Origin: Chiloscyllium plagiosum
Taxonomy: Eukaryota
Direction of reading: 5' to 3'
Assembly (NCBI RefSeq): GCF_004010195.1
Contig: NC_057718.1
Location: 60,582,795 to 60,646,794, forward strand
DNA length: 64,000 bases
A program made the translations under genes and the position numbers. Below, in pieces: positions 27,191-40,736 of the stretch (its first letter is position 1; the number at the start of each line of letters is the position of its first letter). The notes below the pieces were generated by a model, which made no database searches, was not told the origin of the DNA, and was given only the letters and a program-made list of their open reading frames with translations.

Positions 27191-28597
27191 GCTGTGATAG
27201 TCTCACATCTGTGAATTCTCTACGTCCTCCGCTTTAGGAGTGGGTGGGGAGATCAGTGTGGTGAGGAGGGGGAGGATTGGAAGAAGTAAGGTTTGTGAAA
27301 TAAACATTTTTTTTTGACACTACCATAGCTTCAAAATGAAATGTAAGTTTCAGGCCAGTGCAACTCTGAACTCAGCAATCCAATACCTGAGCTATGGACA
27401 AAACCAGGGTCCTGTCTCAGAAAGTAAAGCAAACACAAATGCTGCATCACAGACTCTAACTTTATAGCTTCAAGCCAACTGAGTAATCAGTGTGTAGTGT
27501 GGAGTATGGAAGATCATACCAGGAATATGTACATGGAAATGATGTGCCAGCCTGATGATGCTATGGTATTTCTATGCTTAATTATAGGATCCTGCAACAC
27601 AGAAGGTGGCCATTCAGCCCACCATGTTTGAATACCAACTTGTGAGGGAACATTCTAATTTAGTTCCACATTCTAGTTATTCTAGCAACTCTTCCAAAAA
27701 TGCTGTAACGTAGTGCTCTTCAAACCACGAACTGCAGACTTAAAATTCTACACAGACACACGGACCCCACACCCAGGCATCTACACAAAAATATGCATTA
27801 CTGGCAAATCCTTTCTAGCTTCATGCTACATTAGCACCATTGAGATCTAGAGAGCACTGAAAATTTGCATTTCCCATTTCCATTTCCTATTTTTATAAAA
27901 GCTTCTGCCTGAAAGTTATATTCTTGACCTTGTTTCCCACTTTCTAAATTAAAGGATTTTCACTTTACATTAAATATAAAATACCAATATACTAAGTAAT
28001 CCACTAATAAGATTATTTTTTATTTTACTACAAACCTAACTACAGCTACATTGATGCATTTTACGCTGTTCCTTCTTTCGTCTTGCTGTTCAGTTACATA
28101 AGCATGGTGAGTTCTAAAGCTGCTTACTGTTTAACAATGACCAGATCCTATTGCACATTACCCTGTTACTCACATTATTCTATTACTCACAGTACTCTTG
28201 ACTAAATCAGCATTAGATTGCACAGTTCCCATCCAAATGTTCGGTGTGCTGTACTTTATAATACCAGTTAGAAACCTGGTCTAATCTGCTCATTGTTGCA
28301 AATCAGCTCTGTCTAAATTGGAAGTAACTGAGGTTCAAGCACAGGTCTTTCGTATATCCAACTAATTATAGCATGCAAAAACAAGGAACTAAAAGCTTTG
28401 CATTTATATAGCACCTTTCATGACCTCAGCACATCCAAATCAATGAAATTATTGTTAATGAAATATTTTTGAAGTGTATTGTACTGGAAATGATCATTTT
28501 GTCTTTGATCCCTGTTTTCTGCCCATTAGTAATCCTCAATGCGTGCTACTATGTTATCCTCATTCCCTGAGCCCTAACCTTTTGTCATAACATTTTA

Positions 28598-29457
28598 AGA
28601 CTAAAATTGGGCCCTTGAAGACAGAAACGGGGAATATATTACGGGGAACAAAGAAATGGCAGAAGAATTAAATTGGTACTTCAGATCTGTGTTCATTGGG
28701 GAAGACACAAGCAATCTCCCTGAGGTAACAGTGGTTGAAGGACCTGAACGGAAGGGAGTTTATATTTGCTAGGAATTGGAGTTGGAGAGACTGTTAGGTC
28801 TGAAGGTTGATAAGTCCTTGAGGCCTGATGGTCTACATCCCAGGTACTGAAGGAGGTGGCTCGAGAAATCGTGGATGCGTTGGTGATTATTTTCCAGAGT
28901 TCGATAGATTCGGGATCAATTCTTGCAGATTGGAGGGTGGTTAATGTTGTACCACTTTTTAAGAAAGGTGGGAGAGAGAAAGCAGGAAATTATACACCAG
29001 TTAGCCTGACCTCAGTGGTGGGAAAAGTGCTGGAGTCTATTATAAAGGCTGAAATTACGACACATCTGGATAGTAGTAACAGGATAGGTCAGAGTCAGCA
29101 TGGATTTATGAAGGGGAACTCATGCTTGACTAATCTTCTGGAATTTTTTGAGGATGTAACTCTGAAGATGGACGAGGGAATTCCAGTAGATGTAGTGTAC
29201 CTGGACTTTCAGAAAGCTTTTGATAAAGTCCCACATCGGAGGTTAGTGAACAAAATTAGGTCGCATGGTACTGGGGGCAAAGTATTAACTTGGATTGAAA
29301 GTTGGTTGGCTGACAGGAAACAAAGAGTAGTGATAAACGGCTCCATTTTGGAATGGCAGGCAGTGACCAGTGGGGTACTGCAGGGATCAGTGCTGGGACC
29401 GCAGCTTTTTACAATATATATTAATGATATAGAAGATGGGATTAGTAATAACATTAG
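28598..29457 (+). mobile_element. Young CR1 RT fragment, cut at its 3' side by a PLE
   Basis: ORF 28856 onward: WRVVNVVPLFKKG, YLDFQKAFDKVPH and QGSVLGPQLFTIYIND; stops just before KFADD. Confidence 0.95.
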
Positions 29458-29458
29458 A

Positions 29459-29780
29459 GGAGAAAGTGAGGACTGCAGATGCTGGAGATCAGAGCTGAAA
29501 ATGTGTTGCTGGAAAAGCACAGCAGGTCAGGCAGCATCCAAGGAACAGGAGAATCGACGTTTCGGGCATAAGCCCTTCTTCAGGAATGAGGAAAGTGTGC
29601 CCAGCAGGCTAAGATAAAAGGTAGGGAGGAGGGACTTGGGGGAGGGGCGTCGGAAATGTGATAGGTGGAAAGAGGTCAAGGTGAGGGTGATAGGTCAGAC
29701 TGGGGTGGGGGCGGAGAGGTCAGGAAGAAGATTGCAGGTTAGGAAGGTGGTGCTGAGTTCGAGGGATTTGTCTCAGTCAA
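29459..29780 (-). mobile_element. Family-1 PLE 3' terminus with hammerhead motif
   Basis: Reverse complement cctgaagaagggcttatgcccgaaacgtcg at ~29555-29585; purine-rich 3' UTR like 50140-50400. Confidence 0.85.
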
Positions 29781-29889
29781 CTCATCGAGCCCTCCACAAT
29801 CACCTGATGAATGAGCATTGCTCCAAAAGCTAGTGTGCTTCCAATTAAACCTGTTGGACTATAACCTGGTGTTGTGTGATTTTTAACTT
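29781..29889 (+). mobile_element. Family-2 PLE terminal arm (partner of 37542-37999)
   Basis: cacctgatgaatgagcattgctccaaaagctagtg...cctgttggactataacctgg, near-identical to 37862-37965. Confidence 0.85.
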
Positions 29890-30299
29890 CCTTAGATTGG
29901 TTTGATTGAAGTCACCAGTCACAATAAACAGGCCTTGGGATATTCCATCTCCAGGGTGTTAATTGTGTAGTACAGAACATCCAGAGCTTCCTCAACCTTT
30001 GCTTGTGGCGGTATGCACACAGCAGTTAGTATAGCAGCAGTAAATTCCCGTGGTAGATAGAAGGTGTGGCATTTGATGGTGAGAAATTCAAGTTTTGGGG
30101 TACAATGGTTGCCCAGGTTTGCAATGTTCATGCACCACAAGCTGTTGATTAAAAAGCAAATTCCTCCACCCTTTGTCTTACCTGAGGAAGCTGTACTGTA
30201 CGGTGCATACAACGGATAGAAAAACCATCAGCCTGAAGTGCTTAATCGGAACAGATGGGTTGAGCCAGGTTTCTGTGAAGCAGAGTGCGCAGCACTCGC
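29890..30299 (-). mobile_element. Rex1/Babar LINE, 5' (endonuclease) half
   Basis: Minus-strand LCFTETWL, GKTKGGGICFLIN, FYLPREF...VCIPPQA and TGDFNQTNLR. Confidence 0.85.
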
Positions 30300-31925
30300 A
30301 GGACAAATATGTTAAACCTAAATAAGGAGACGTATTGGGCATGAAAGCTGAGTTAGCTCAAATGAACTGACATTCTAGGCTAGGGGGCAGATCAATGGGA
30401 ATACAGTGACAGACATACAAAGGGATATTTCAGAATACTCAGAATAAGTATAAAGAAAATTTCTAGAGGGAGGACAGACTTAAAACGTGAAGCTGTTCAC
30501 TTTGTCAGGAAGAATGAGAACGCAGACCAATACTTGAACTGAGTCCAGCTGCAGAATTCTGAGGGTGCAGAGGGATATAGGTGTTCTTGTGCATGAATTA
30601 CAAAACATTACAATATGGAACCAGCACTTAATCAAGAAAGTTAATGAGATGTTATCCTTTATTAGAGGGGAATTGAGCATAAAAATGAGGATGTTATGCT
30701 TCAGCTATGCAGGGCACTGATGAGACCAATTCAGTTTTGGCCTCCCTATTTAATGGAGGATGTAAATATGTTGGTGACAATTTTTAAAATTCATTCATGG
30801 GATGTGGATATTTGTGTTGCTGACTAGGCCAGCATTCATTGTCCAGAGGGCATTTAATAGTCAACCACATTGCTATGGGTCTGGAGTTACATGTGGACCA
30901 TACCAGGTAAGAATGGTTGCTTCCTTCCCAAAAAGATATTAGTAAACCAGATTTTGTTATTCTGACAATCAGCAATAGTTTCATAGTCATCGCTAGACTC
31001 ATAATTCCAGGTTTTTATTGAATTCAAATTCCACTATTTGCCATGGGAGGATTTGAACCTGTGACTCCAGAGTATTACCTGGGTCTCTGAATGAAAACTT
31101 TAGCAATAATACAATTAGATCATCAGCATAGGATTCCTGAAAGCCTTTTGAAGATAGTTTGGACAAGCTAGGCTTATTTCCACCTGAGTTTAAAGGATTG
31201 TGATTGACTTGATTGAAGTTATAAGATCCTAAATGGTCATGACAATGTGGATAGGGAGAGGAGATTTCCTCTATGGGTCAATCCAGAACTAGGGGACACC
31301 GCTTAAAATGTCATTCTTTCAGGACAGAAATAAGAGGATTTTTTTTTGTCACTGAGAGGATTGTGCAACCTGGGAATCTCTGTTACAGATGGTGGTGGAG
31401 ACAGTCTCACTGAATATTTTAAAGACAGAGCTGGATGGATTCTTGTTAGGTGGGGGAAATCAAAGAATATGTGGATAGATGCTAATGTTGAATTCAAAAG
31501 CACAAACAGATGTTTGTGGTACGGTGGCTCAGTGGTTAGGACTGCTGCCTCACAGTCCAGGATCCTGGGTTTGATTCCATCCTCAGGCAACTATGTGGAG
31601 TTTGCACATTCTCCCTGTGTCTGTGTGGGTTTCCTCCTGGTGCCCTGGCTTCCTCTTACAGTCCAAAGATGCGCAGGTTAGGTGAATTGGCCATGCTAAA
31701 TTGCCCACAGTGTTCAGGGATGTGTAGGCTTGGTGCATTAGTTAGGGGGAATGAGTCATGTTGGGATACCCTTTGAGTGTTGGTGTAGACTTGTTCGGTC
31801 AAATGGCCTGTTTTCACACTGTAGGGATTTTATGATACGATCTGCCATGATGTTATTGAATGACAGAGCAGGTTTGAGGGGCTGTATGGTCTACTTTTGC
31901 TCCTATGTTATATGTTCATACCAGT
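30300..31925 (+). mobile_element. Old CR1 (post-EN to 3' end) with nested SINEs at 30785-31125 (-) and 31515-31835 (+, HE1-like)
   Basis: LNLNKGD...MKAELAQMN, CR1 RT C-terminal remnants and tail tcctatgttatatgttc; SINE heads are recognisable. Confidence 0.7.
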
Positions 31926-33877
31926 ATGAATAATTACAAATGCACAGGCTTTCATAAAGAACAGTATTGTATGGAACAATGTAAGCCATCCAGGGTAAAT
32001 TACAAATATCAATCTTTTTTACTTCAAAAGCATGGTAAACTTAACGAGAAACTAATCCAGAAGCCTGCTGGGATTGCAGCACATAGGAAGTATTGATGAT
32101 TGTTGAGAGGTAGTGGAGCAAGCCATAAAAGCATAATCTAGAAAATTGCACATGAACAAAAAAATACTTCAGGCCAATTATAATTATTCAAATCTACAGG
32201 TGATAACTCTAATGTATTCATTCAGTTCTCAAGCAATCTGTAGTCAAGGTACTTTACATTCAGGTTAGCCATAAATTTGTGCCATGCATCAAAAACACAG
32301 CTCACAATAACTGCTCATTCAGATTGTCCCTTTTTCAGAAAATTCCTGATAGCAGAAAGCACCAAGTTTAAACTGGCAATGGAGCACAGTGAAAAAAACT
32401 ATGCCATAGAAGTTATAACAGATGCTACAGAGTAAGAATGCATACATGATGTTGGCATTCAATGTTTGAGGACACTGGATGCAAAGGTGTGATGCTTGAA
32501 TTAATAGGGGGCTGGCTCCTACACTGGCATAAGTGCTGATGCATAACAACAAGTATTTTGCTCTCAAATCACTACCAGTACTTTTCCATCCAGAGCCTCC
32601 ATGAAACTGATGAGAGAAGACACAATCTATGTTACTGAGACCGGGACTTGCTACTCTGGCACACAGGAAGGATTATCCAAGATTGTAACATGTCAAGGTA
32701 AGAGCTCTCAAGAAGACAGCTGCTCTCATTAGAACATCACTCATAAATAAAACACGAGAAAGATTATTTGCACTAGTGGAAAGAGCAAAAAGGGAAAACA
32801 CAGCTGCATATCACATTAAATACCTTCAATGCTGTTGAAATGGAAATGCAGCATACTTCCTTTGACTTTCAGGAATTGCTTTCTTTCAACATTTCTGTTA
32901 TCCATACAGAGGTCAGAAGTAACGATTCTTTAAATGGAAGGGAAGATAAAATCATTTAAACTTTTACTCCAGACACATTAAGAGAAAATCTTGAAAAAAT
33001 GACCAAAGGAGTTTAGACAATATCATGGTAACATGTTACAAATATCATTGAGGACAGGTTTCACCATGGGAGTTTCTGTACTTTAACCCTGCATTATCAT
33101 GCAAGATAGCTGCAACATGGAGGAGTTCAACATCTCCAATTCATATCACTAAAAATCCAATGAGAATGACATATTAACCTCTTAGTTCAGGATTCTTTTT
33201 GACTATCATTATCAAAAGACAGGTCCCATAACTGAAAATAGAACATACTGTAGGGTCCTTTCATTGCAGTTCATACTTGACTTTCTCTGATCTCAGTTTT
33301 TCAGCAAAATCCTGCTTCATCTTCGTTTCTTCCTTGCTCATGTCTTCCTCTGCTCCCAGCCCACTCTCTTTCTCTTTCTGTTCCCAAGCCACTTCATTTA
33401 TCTACTGTTGGATTTCCTTTCCTTCCTGCATCACTCCCTCTGGTGTTTGTCTTCCCAATTTTCCATCCATGCAGCCTAAGTGGCTTTAGCCTTGGGAGGG
33501 AGCTGAGATTTGGATAGAAACCAAACAGTGAAAACATAAGAACATCACTGATGAGGAATGGCAAGTTCATAATCATTATTAACTTAAAAATGAGATAGTT
33601 CTATCGAACAGACACAGTGGCATTGGTAAACTGAGCACAATTATGATATGGTAATAAGAGCAACAGTTCAAATACTATGTTGATATTTCACCAATATTAC
33701 ACAAGATGGATAAATACTTTTGGCACATAGTAGCCTATTGCAGGATTTTAATCAAATGTGCAAAACAAAACAAGGTGTCATTGCAAAAGTAAGAAATTGC
33801 AAAGGGAAAACAGAAGTTGAAGGTAAAATGCCAAATTGAAGGAAGAAAATGTGTTCTTTTCTCTGTTACCTTTTATT

Positions 33878-34153
33878 CAATAGACAATAGGTGCAGGAGT
33901 AGGCCATTCAGCCCTTCGAGCCTGCGCCGCCATTCAATATAATCATGGCTGATCATTCCTAATCAGTATCCTGTTCCTGCCTTATCTCCATAACCCTTGA
34001 TTCCACTATCTTTGAGAGCTCTATCCAACTCCATCTTAAATGCATCCAGAGAGTGGGCCTCCACTGCCCTCTGGGACAGAGCATTCCACACAGCCACCAC
34101 TCTCTGGGTGAAGAAGTTTCTCCTGAGCTCTGTCCTAAATGGTCTACCCCTGA
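33878..34153 (-). mobile_element. Young 5'-truncated CR1 3' end
   Basis: IRGRPFRTELRRNFFTQRVVAVWNAL...; tail (caataga)n. Confidence 0.9.
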
Positions 34154-36399
34154 TCATTTTTGAGAAGAGTTATTTTTCTTCTATTCCTTTTTAAATGTAT
34201 TTCTTACTTTTGACAATATAATTTCATGTACTAAAAGAACACTGGTAGATTACCTTTTTTTGCTTTATTACACATCTTGGCCCATTTTGGTGAGCAGTTT
34301 TTCAGATGTTATCTGTACGTTCTTAAAGATCTTCTTCCTTGTATTTTAATTCATGAGTCCAGTTCATCAACCACTTATCCCACCTTTCTACCAGTCAAGG
34401 TGGCAATGAATGAAGCCATGACCATCTTCATATATGTTGCCTCCATATCCTGTGGTTCTTCTGAATGAAGCAGAATTCATCAGGAATATGTTGGTGTTCG
34501 TCAGCTTTGCTATTCTATGGATGAGGAGGAACTAACATAATCAAAGTGGTTAACAATGTTGGGCCTGAAGTCTTTGGGTTTCCTGTCTCATCTTCAATCA
34601 TTCATACATATAGCATTAATATAAAGCTTACTGAGGCAGTGTCAGGGCTTTTTAAAATAAATCAAGAACATTTCAGGTCAAATTCGTTTTGGTGCCCCTA
34701 GGTTGCAAGATGTTGACTCTCAAAACTGGGTCTTATTCAGTCAATTTTACATTCATAAAATAGTACACCAGGTACAATTCCTATCACCAAGTGTCACTTT
34801 GGTGTCTGATTCATTGCTAGAACTTGAATGTGCATTTTCCCATTTTAATGCAAATCATGTTTTTCTTTCTGTTTTACCAAAATGGATTCCATAAGTCAGG
34901 GAGCAAAATTGTATTCATGTTTATTTTCCGATCAATTGCTAATTTTTGTTTTGTCAATTTTCTTTTTTCTGGACCCTCCTCCTGAAAGAACAGATCTGTT
35001 GTTATGATACAGGTCTGGAATAAACAAGAGCACTCAAACTGGCAGTCCAAACGGCAATCTGTCTTACATAAGCCTCAAAGGGAGTCAACTGGTTACTTGA
35101 ACATAAAGAGTTCATGGCTGAATTGGATTCTGAGTCACCTGATATCCTTTCTGGCAGGGAGTCACTGAATGGGAAAAACGAAGAAGAACTCAGACTCAAC
35201 ACCACTTCATATTGATACCAGCTGAGTGTCAAGGTGAATCCTACACTCAACAAATAACATAAATCTATGTAGGTCACTGCAAACCAAGTTGTGCCTTCAC
35301 TATAAAAGAGAACATTTAGCAGTTTCTGACATTTAACAAGTTGGGATTACTTTACTTTCTAATCTACATATTAGCCAGGACAATGTAACTGTCCCATGAA
35401 TTTATTTCTATCCACATTTGCAGAGGAATATGAATTGTACATGGTCTATGACTTCCCTGCTAAAAGTAATCTTGACTAATCTATTTACTTGATTGTATTT
35501 TCTTATGTAGGAATAGATATTCAATTTATATTTTCCAATCAATCTGGCTTTCCATTTTAGATAGTGCATGGCATAAGAAAATTTGAAAAGTAGGCCAATC
35601 ATGAATAAAAAGAGACACTAAATATAACATTAAGTTAAAAAATAAAGCTCAGCTCCAAAAGGGATCAGTAAACCTGAGGATTAGAAGCAAAGGATGACCA
35701 AAAGATTGATAACAAAATTGAAAAATGCAATGAGTAAACTATTGTTATGATCCATCGTTTGACTGCAACAGGCTTTTTAAAACAAACTTGATTGCCAATT
35801 CACTGAGTGTTTAGCTGAGTAAGTACAGTGCCTGTAAAAGACACACATAGACATGTTTTCTTGTATTCTTTTCAAAAAGTGAACAATATTTATTATACTT
35901 AGCACTCAAAGATTCACACGCACAAGCACACACATTTAGGATGGATGGAGACAGAAAGTGGAAGAGCCCAGTCAATAACAATTTTTCTCTGTGACTTAAA
36001 TTTATTCTCAAATTTGGACCTGGAGAAAACAAAGGTCCCTAAAACACAAAAGATGGTAATTTGATTCATCATACCATCATCCTACACAAATTGATTAGTT
36101 ACCCAAACATGGTCATGCTAAATTGATTCTGGGTCTGTTGTTTAAATTGAAAAGTTTAAACAAACTTTATCACTGTACTTAAGTATATACGATTAAAAGA
36201 AATCAAATCTTCAAATAAATGTCATTACATTATGGCAGTAGAGTTCCCTTCTCAACAGGATCTATTATCCATGGGCATCTGCTGGCTTAGTCTACACCCA
36301 GCTGAATGCTGAGGTGCTGTCTGGGTGTTTTGTGAATGGGTCAAGGAGATGGACTTTTCACATTCCTTTAAGATGATTGTCCATGATCATTTTTTTCCA

Positions 36400-37540
36400 G
36401 GCACAGGAATGTAAGAGCGGGGAGAAGCCATTTGATCCTTCAAACCTGCACCATCATTCAGTAAGATCATTGCTGATCTATCTCTGGTGTTAACCCTGTC
36501 TGGCCATCATAGCACCTATCAAAAATCTATTAAACACAGCTTTGAGTAAATTTAATAATCAGCTTCCACTGATTTCTGGAGAGGAGAATTCCACATACTA
36601 ATGATTCCAGGGAAAAAAATTGAAAAAGTGATCTCTTACTCTAAAATTGCGTCTTCTAGAATATTGTAACTTCTGAAACTTATTCTAAAACATCTCTCAT
36701 TCATGACACCCTCATAACCGGAAACATCAACCTAGTATCTACCTGTTAAGTCCCCTTATTAATTTATTTGTTTCAATAAGATCATCTCCCATTTAACTAA
36801 ACTCAGATACGTAGAGGCCGAACCTATTTAACATTTCTCCATAAGTCTCTCATTCTTGGAATAAATCAAGTGAAAATCCTCTGAAGAGCTCTGAATTCAA
36901 TTATATCCTTTTCTAAATGGGACATCAAAACTGTACATTGTATTCCACATGTGATGACACCAAGATCTTGTACATCTGCAATACAATTTTCATTATATAT
37001 TCATTTCCCTTCTAATAAATGCCAAGTTTTAATTTGCCTTCTGAATTATTTGCTGTGCCTATATACTAACATTCTATGATTCATGTTCTAGAAAACTCAG
37101 ATTCCTTACACCATAGAAGTTTGCAATTATTCTCTAAGTCAATGATATCCTTGTACTGTTTATCTATTCTCTCTGCTAAAGTCAACAAGTTCACATTTTT
37201 CTACATTATATTACATTTGCCAAAGCTTTGCCCACTCACTTACCCTTTCTGTGTTCCTTTGTACACACTTCACTACCCCTTGACAACATACTTTCCTATC
37301 TATCTTGCTGTCATTTCAAGCTTACAGATTTAGCTGCCATACATTTGGTCCTTTGTCTAAGTTATTGATCCAGATTGCAAATGATTTACCTATCGGAACT
37401 GACCCTTGCAGCTGTGCTCCAGTTACAACTTCCCAACCAAAAAAGACTCATTTTTCTACACTTTCTGCTTCCTGTTAACTGGCCAATACCTTACTGAAAT
37501 ATTTTATGTATTGTTAATATATTATTCTCCAACTCATGTA
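36400..37540 (-). mobile_element. Old CR1 (RT to 3' end), truncated at the inversion breakpoint
   Basis: Decayed CR1 3' UTR at 36400-36660 and RT-region reverse complement ending ...ctccaactcatgtag. Confidence 0.65.
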
Positions 37541-37541
37541 G

Positions 37542-37999
37542 AACTCTGAGCTCAAAAACTGCATGAATTTATGTAAAACTCTGTTATCTCACTTTTTAGA
37601 TTAGAATCAATCTAAACATCAGGTCATAGGCAGAGAACACAGGGTGCTAACACCTTCAACATATTGTCTAGCTAACACCATTGTTAACAGCTAACCCGAG
37701 AATGCAACTTGAAAAAAAAGGGTTTTGTGATTTACACATGAAAGAAGTGAAACTATCACTGTATTCTAACAGATGAAAGGCTTAACAGACAATCAATTTT
37801 TCAATGTATAATTTCAGTTACATCACACTGTAAATTTTTGCTATAAATTCTGTGTTACGACCGAGCCCTCCACGATCACCTGATGAAGGAGCGTCGCTCC
37901 AAAGGCTAGTGTGCTTCCAATTAAACCTGTTGGACTATAACCTGGTGTTGTGTGATTTTTAACTTTGTACACCCCAGTCCAACACCGGTATCTCCAAAT
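37542..37999 (+). mobile_element. Family-2 PLE 3' terminus with hammerhead-like motif
   Basis: cacctgatgaaggagcgtcgctccaaaggctagtg at ~37877-37911 (GAAA core mutated); ends ccccagtccaacaccggtatctccaaat. Confidence 0.85.
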
Positions 38000-40136
38000 C
38001 AATCTAAGGAAGGTGTTGCCCAAGTAATACCAGAATATTACCTGCCCCACCAGGGGCCCGAACTTTTTAGACCACTGCTACACCACTGTGAAAGATGCTG
38101 TGTTTCTTCTCCTGGCTTACAGGCAAAAACTCAAGCAGGAGACCCCCTCGCAGATCCAGATCCAATGCTGGTCAGAGGATGCAGAGAATCAACTCCTGTA
38201 CTGTCTAGAATCAGCTGATTGGACCATGTTCAAACATTCCGCATGTACGTTGGACGAGTATGCCATCACCATCACAGACTTTATCAGCAAGTGTGTGGAG
38301 GACTGCATACCGAGGAAGTCAATCCGGGTGTTCCCCAACAGGAAACCCTGGATGAATCAGGACATACAGAACCTGCTAAAAACCAGGCATGAGATCTTCA
38401 GATCTGGAGACCCAATCAAATGTAAGGAATCCAAGTATGACCTTCACAGAGCCATTAAGACAGCCAAGGGTCAATACTGATCCAAACTGGAGACCCAGAC
38501 AGACACCCAGTGATTATGGCAAGGACTGAATGACATCGCAGGTTCTAAAAAGAGCCAGTACATGATAGCAGACGATGACACATCCCGCCAGATCATCTCA
38601 ACGTCTTCTATATTCGTTTTGAGCAGAATTTCGGCAGAGAGGTAACACATATTCCATCAAGTCCTGACAAACTATTCCAACAGTCACTGTATAAGTTTTC
38701 CCTTGTGTAAATCCAAGGAAAACTATGGGACCAGACAGAGTACCAGTTCATTTACTCAGGGCATGCGCAGATCAACTGGCAGAGGTCTTCTCGGGCATCT
38801 TCACCCTCTCCCTGCAGCCGGCTAATATCCCTGCCTGTTTCAAGAGGGTCAACATCATCCCTGTGCTTAAGAAGGCTCATGCAGCATGTCTCAATGATTA
38901 CCACTCAATGGCCCTAACTTTGGTGATCATGAAGTGCTTTGAAAGGCTGGTCATGGCATTAATCAACTCCAGCCTCCCCACTACTCTTGACCCACTCAAA
39001 TATGCCTTTCAAACCAACATGTCAAATGACATACCACTTGCCCTTCACTCCTCCCTAGAACATTTCGGTACCAAGAACAGCTACATAGGAATCCTACTCA
39101 TTGACTACAGTTCAATCTTCAAAACTATTATCCCCTCGAGACATAATCTTGGACTAAGCCCCACTCTCTGCAACTAGATCCTCAGTTTCCTGACCCACAA
39201 GCCACAATCAATGAAGATTGGGGACAATATTTCATTGTCACTAACACTCAACACTGGAGCCCCCCATGGGTGTGTATTCAGTCTCTACAGTACTCACTGT
39301 ATACCCATGGCAGCATCATCAAATACCAGACTAATGCCATTTACAAGTTCGCTGATAACACCACCATAGTCAGTTGACTCTCAGATGGCAATAAAACTAC
39401 AGACGAGAGGTGGAAGACCTGGAAAAGTAGTGCACTGAGAACAACCTAGCTCTCAATGCTGGCAAAACCAAGGAACTCATTATTGACTTTCGGTGGGATG
39501 TTACTCATGCCCCCCTACACATTAACAGCACAGAAGTGGAACGAATGGAGAGTGCCAAGCTCCTGGGAGTGGTCATCCACAACAAGCTTTCTTGGACTCT
39601 TCATGTGGACACACTGGTTACAAAGGCCCAACAACGTCTCTTCTTCCTCAGGTGAATACCTTTGCCAAATTTTATAGGTGTGCCATCGAGGGCATTCTGT
39701 CTGGATGTATCACTACCAGGTATCGCAACTGTACCATTAAAATCATTGTGGAGAGTGGTGAACTCAGCTGAGACAATCATAAAGGCGAACTTTTCATCTA
39801 TAGAATCCGTTTACCAGGCCTGCTGTCAAGGAAAGGCTGCCAGCATTCTGAAAGATCCATCCCACCCTGGCAATGTTTTCCACAACCTCTACCATCAGGG
39901 AGAAGGTACAAAAGCCTGAACACATGCACCAACCAGTTTTGAAACAGTTTCTACCTTACTGTTGTTAGAATACTGAATGAACTCACAAATTCTTAACATT
40001 TGCCTGTACCTGTGTTTTTGGTTTTGCCGCTGTTTACCTATTACTGACTTATCTCTGTGATCTGCTTGTATTGCTCGCAAGACAAACCTTCTCACTGTGC
40101 CTTGGTACATGTGATAATAAATTCAATTCAATTCAA
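38000..40136 (+). mobile_element. Rex1/Babar LINE, 3' half (EN end, RT, tail), frameshifted
   Basis: NLRKVLPK..ITCPTRG, FPNRKPWMN, ACADQLAEVF, MKCFERLV, GAPHGCVFS and KFADNTT; tail (attca)n at 40121-40136. Confidence 0.9.
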
Positions 40137-40720
40137 TTGTCCTAAACACCTCATTTCCTTTTCAAACTGGATGTTAAATTCATTTATATCATGGTTACTA
40201 CTGCTTAACATACCTTAATTCTGAGGTCATTAAGTAAATTCTGTCCCATTACATGCCTCGTCTAATTAGACTGCTCTGTCGTCAGTTCCAGAGCTTACTG
40301 CTCCAAGAAACTCTCTCAAATGTATTTTATGAACTCCCCATGCATGCTACTGCAGCCAATCTAATTTTTCAAGTTTCTATTTAGATTAAAGCCACCTGTG
40401 ATTATTGCTATCTCTTTATCACAAGCAGCCAATATTTCTTCTCATGTACTTTGTCACACAAAATGTGGATCATTCCCACAAACAACCTCTTTCTCTGTCC
40501 CTCACCTTCACCCAACCCTATTCCTCATCTTGACCTCCTGAATCAAGATCACCTCTAACTACTGCACAAATGCCATCCTTACTTAATAGTTCAGCCCTCC
40601 ACTTTTACCAACCTTATTATTTTTCTTAACTGTCATGTACCCCATATTATTCAGGATACATTCCCATCATAATGTAGCTATGACTCTGTAATGGTTCTGA
40701 AAATATACGTATTTTCTTCA
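40137..40720 (-). mobile_element. Old CR1 endonuclease region (5' partner of 30300-31925)
   Basis: Reverse complement resembles the EN sequence at 300-1050; its minus-strand frame ...IQFEKE... continues into 30300 onward. Confidence 0.65.
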
Positions 40721-40736
40721 ATGTGGAATTTTGCCT

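Noticed and set aside
28856-29617. 253-aa ORF as a gene
   Set aside because: It is a CR1 RT fragment reading through into antisense PLE terminal sequence.
33270-33480. Purine-rich minus-strand stretch resembling a Glu/Lys-rich exon
   Set aside because: The best frame has an in-frame TAG and there is no good acceptor/donor pair.
34250-34465. Possible next exon after 35068-35164
   Set aside because: The phase-compatible frame stops after 10 codons, and the other frames are unrecognisable.
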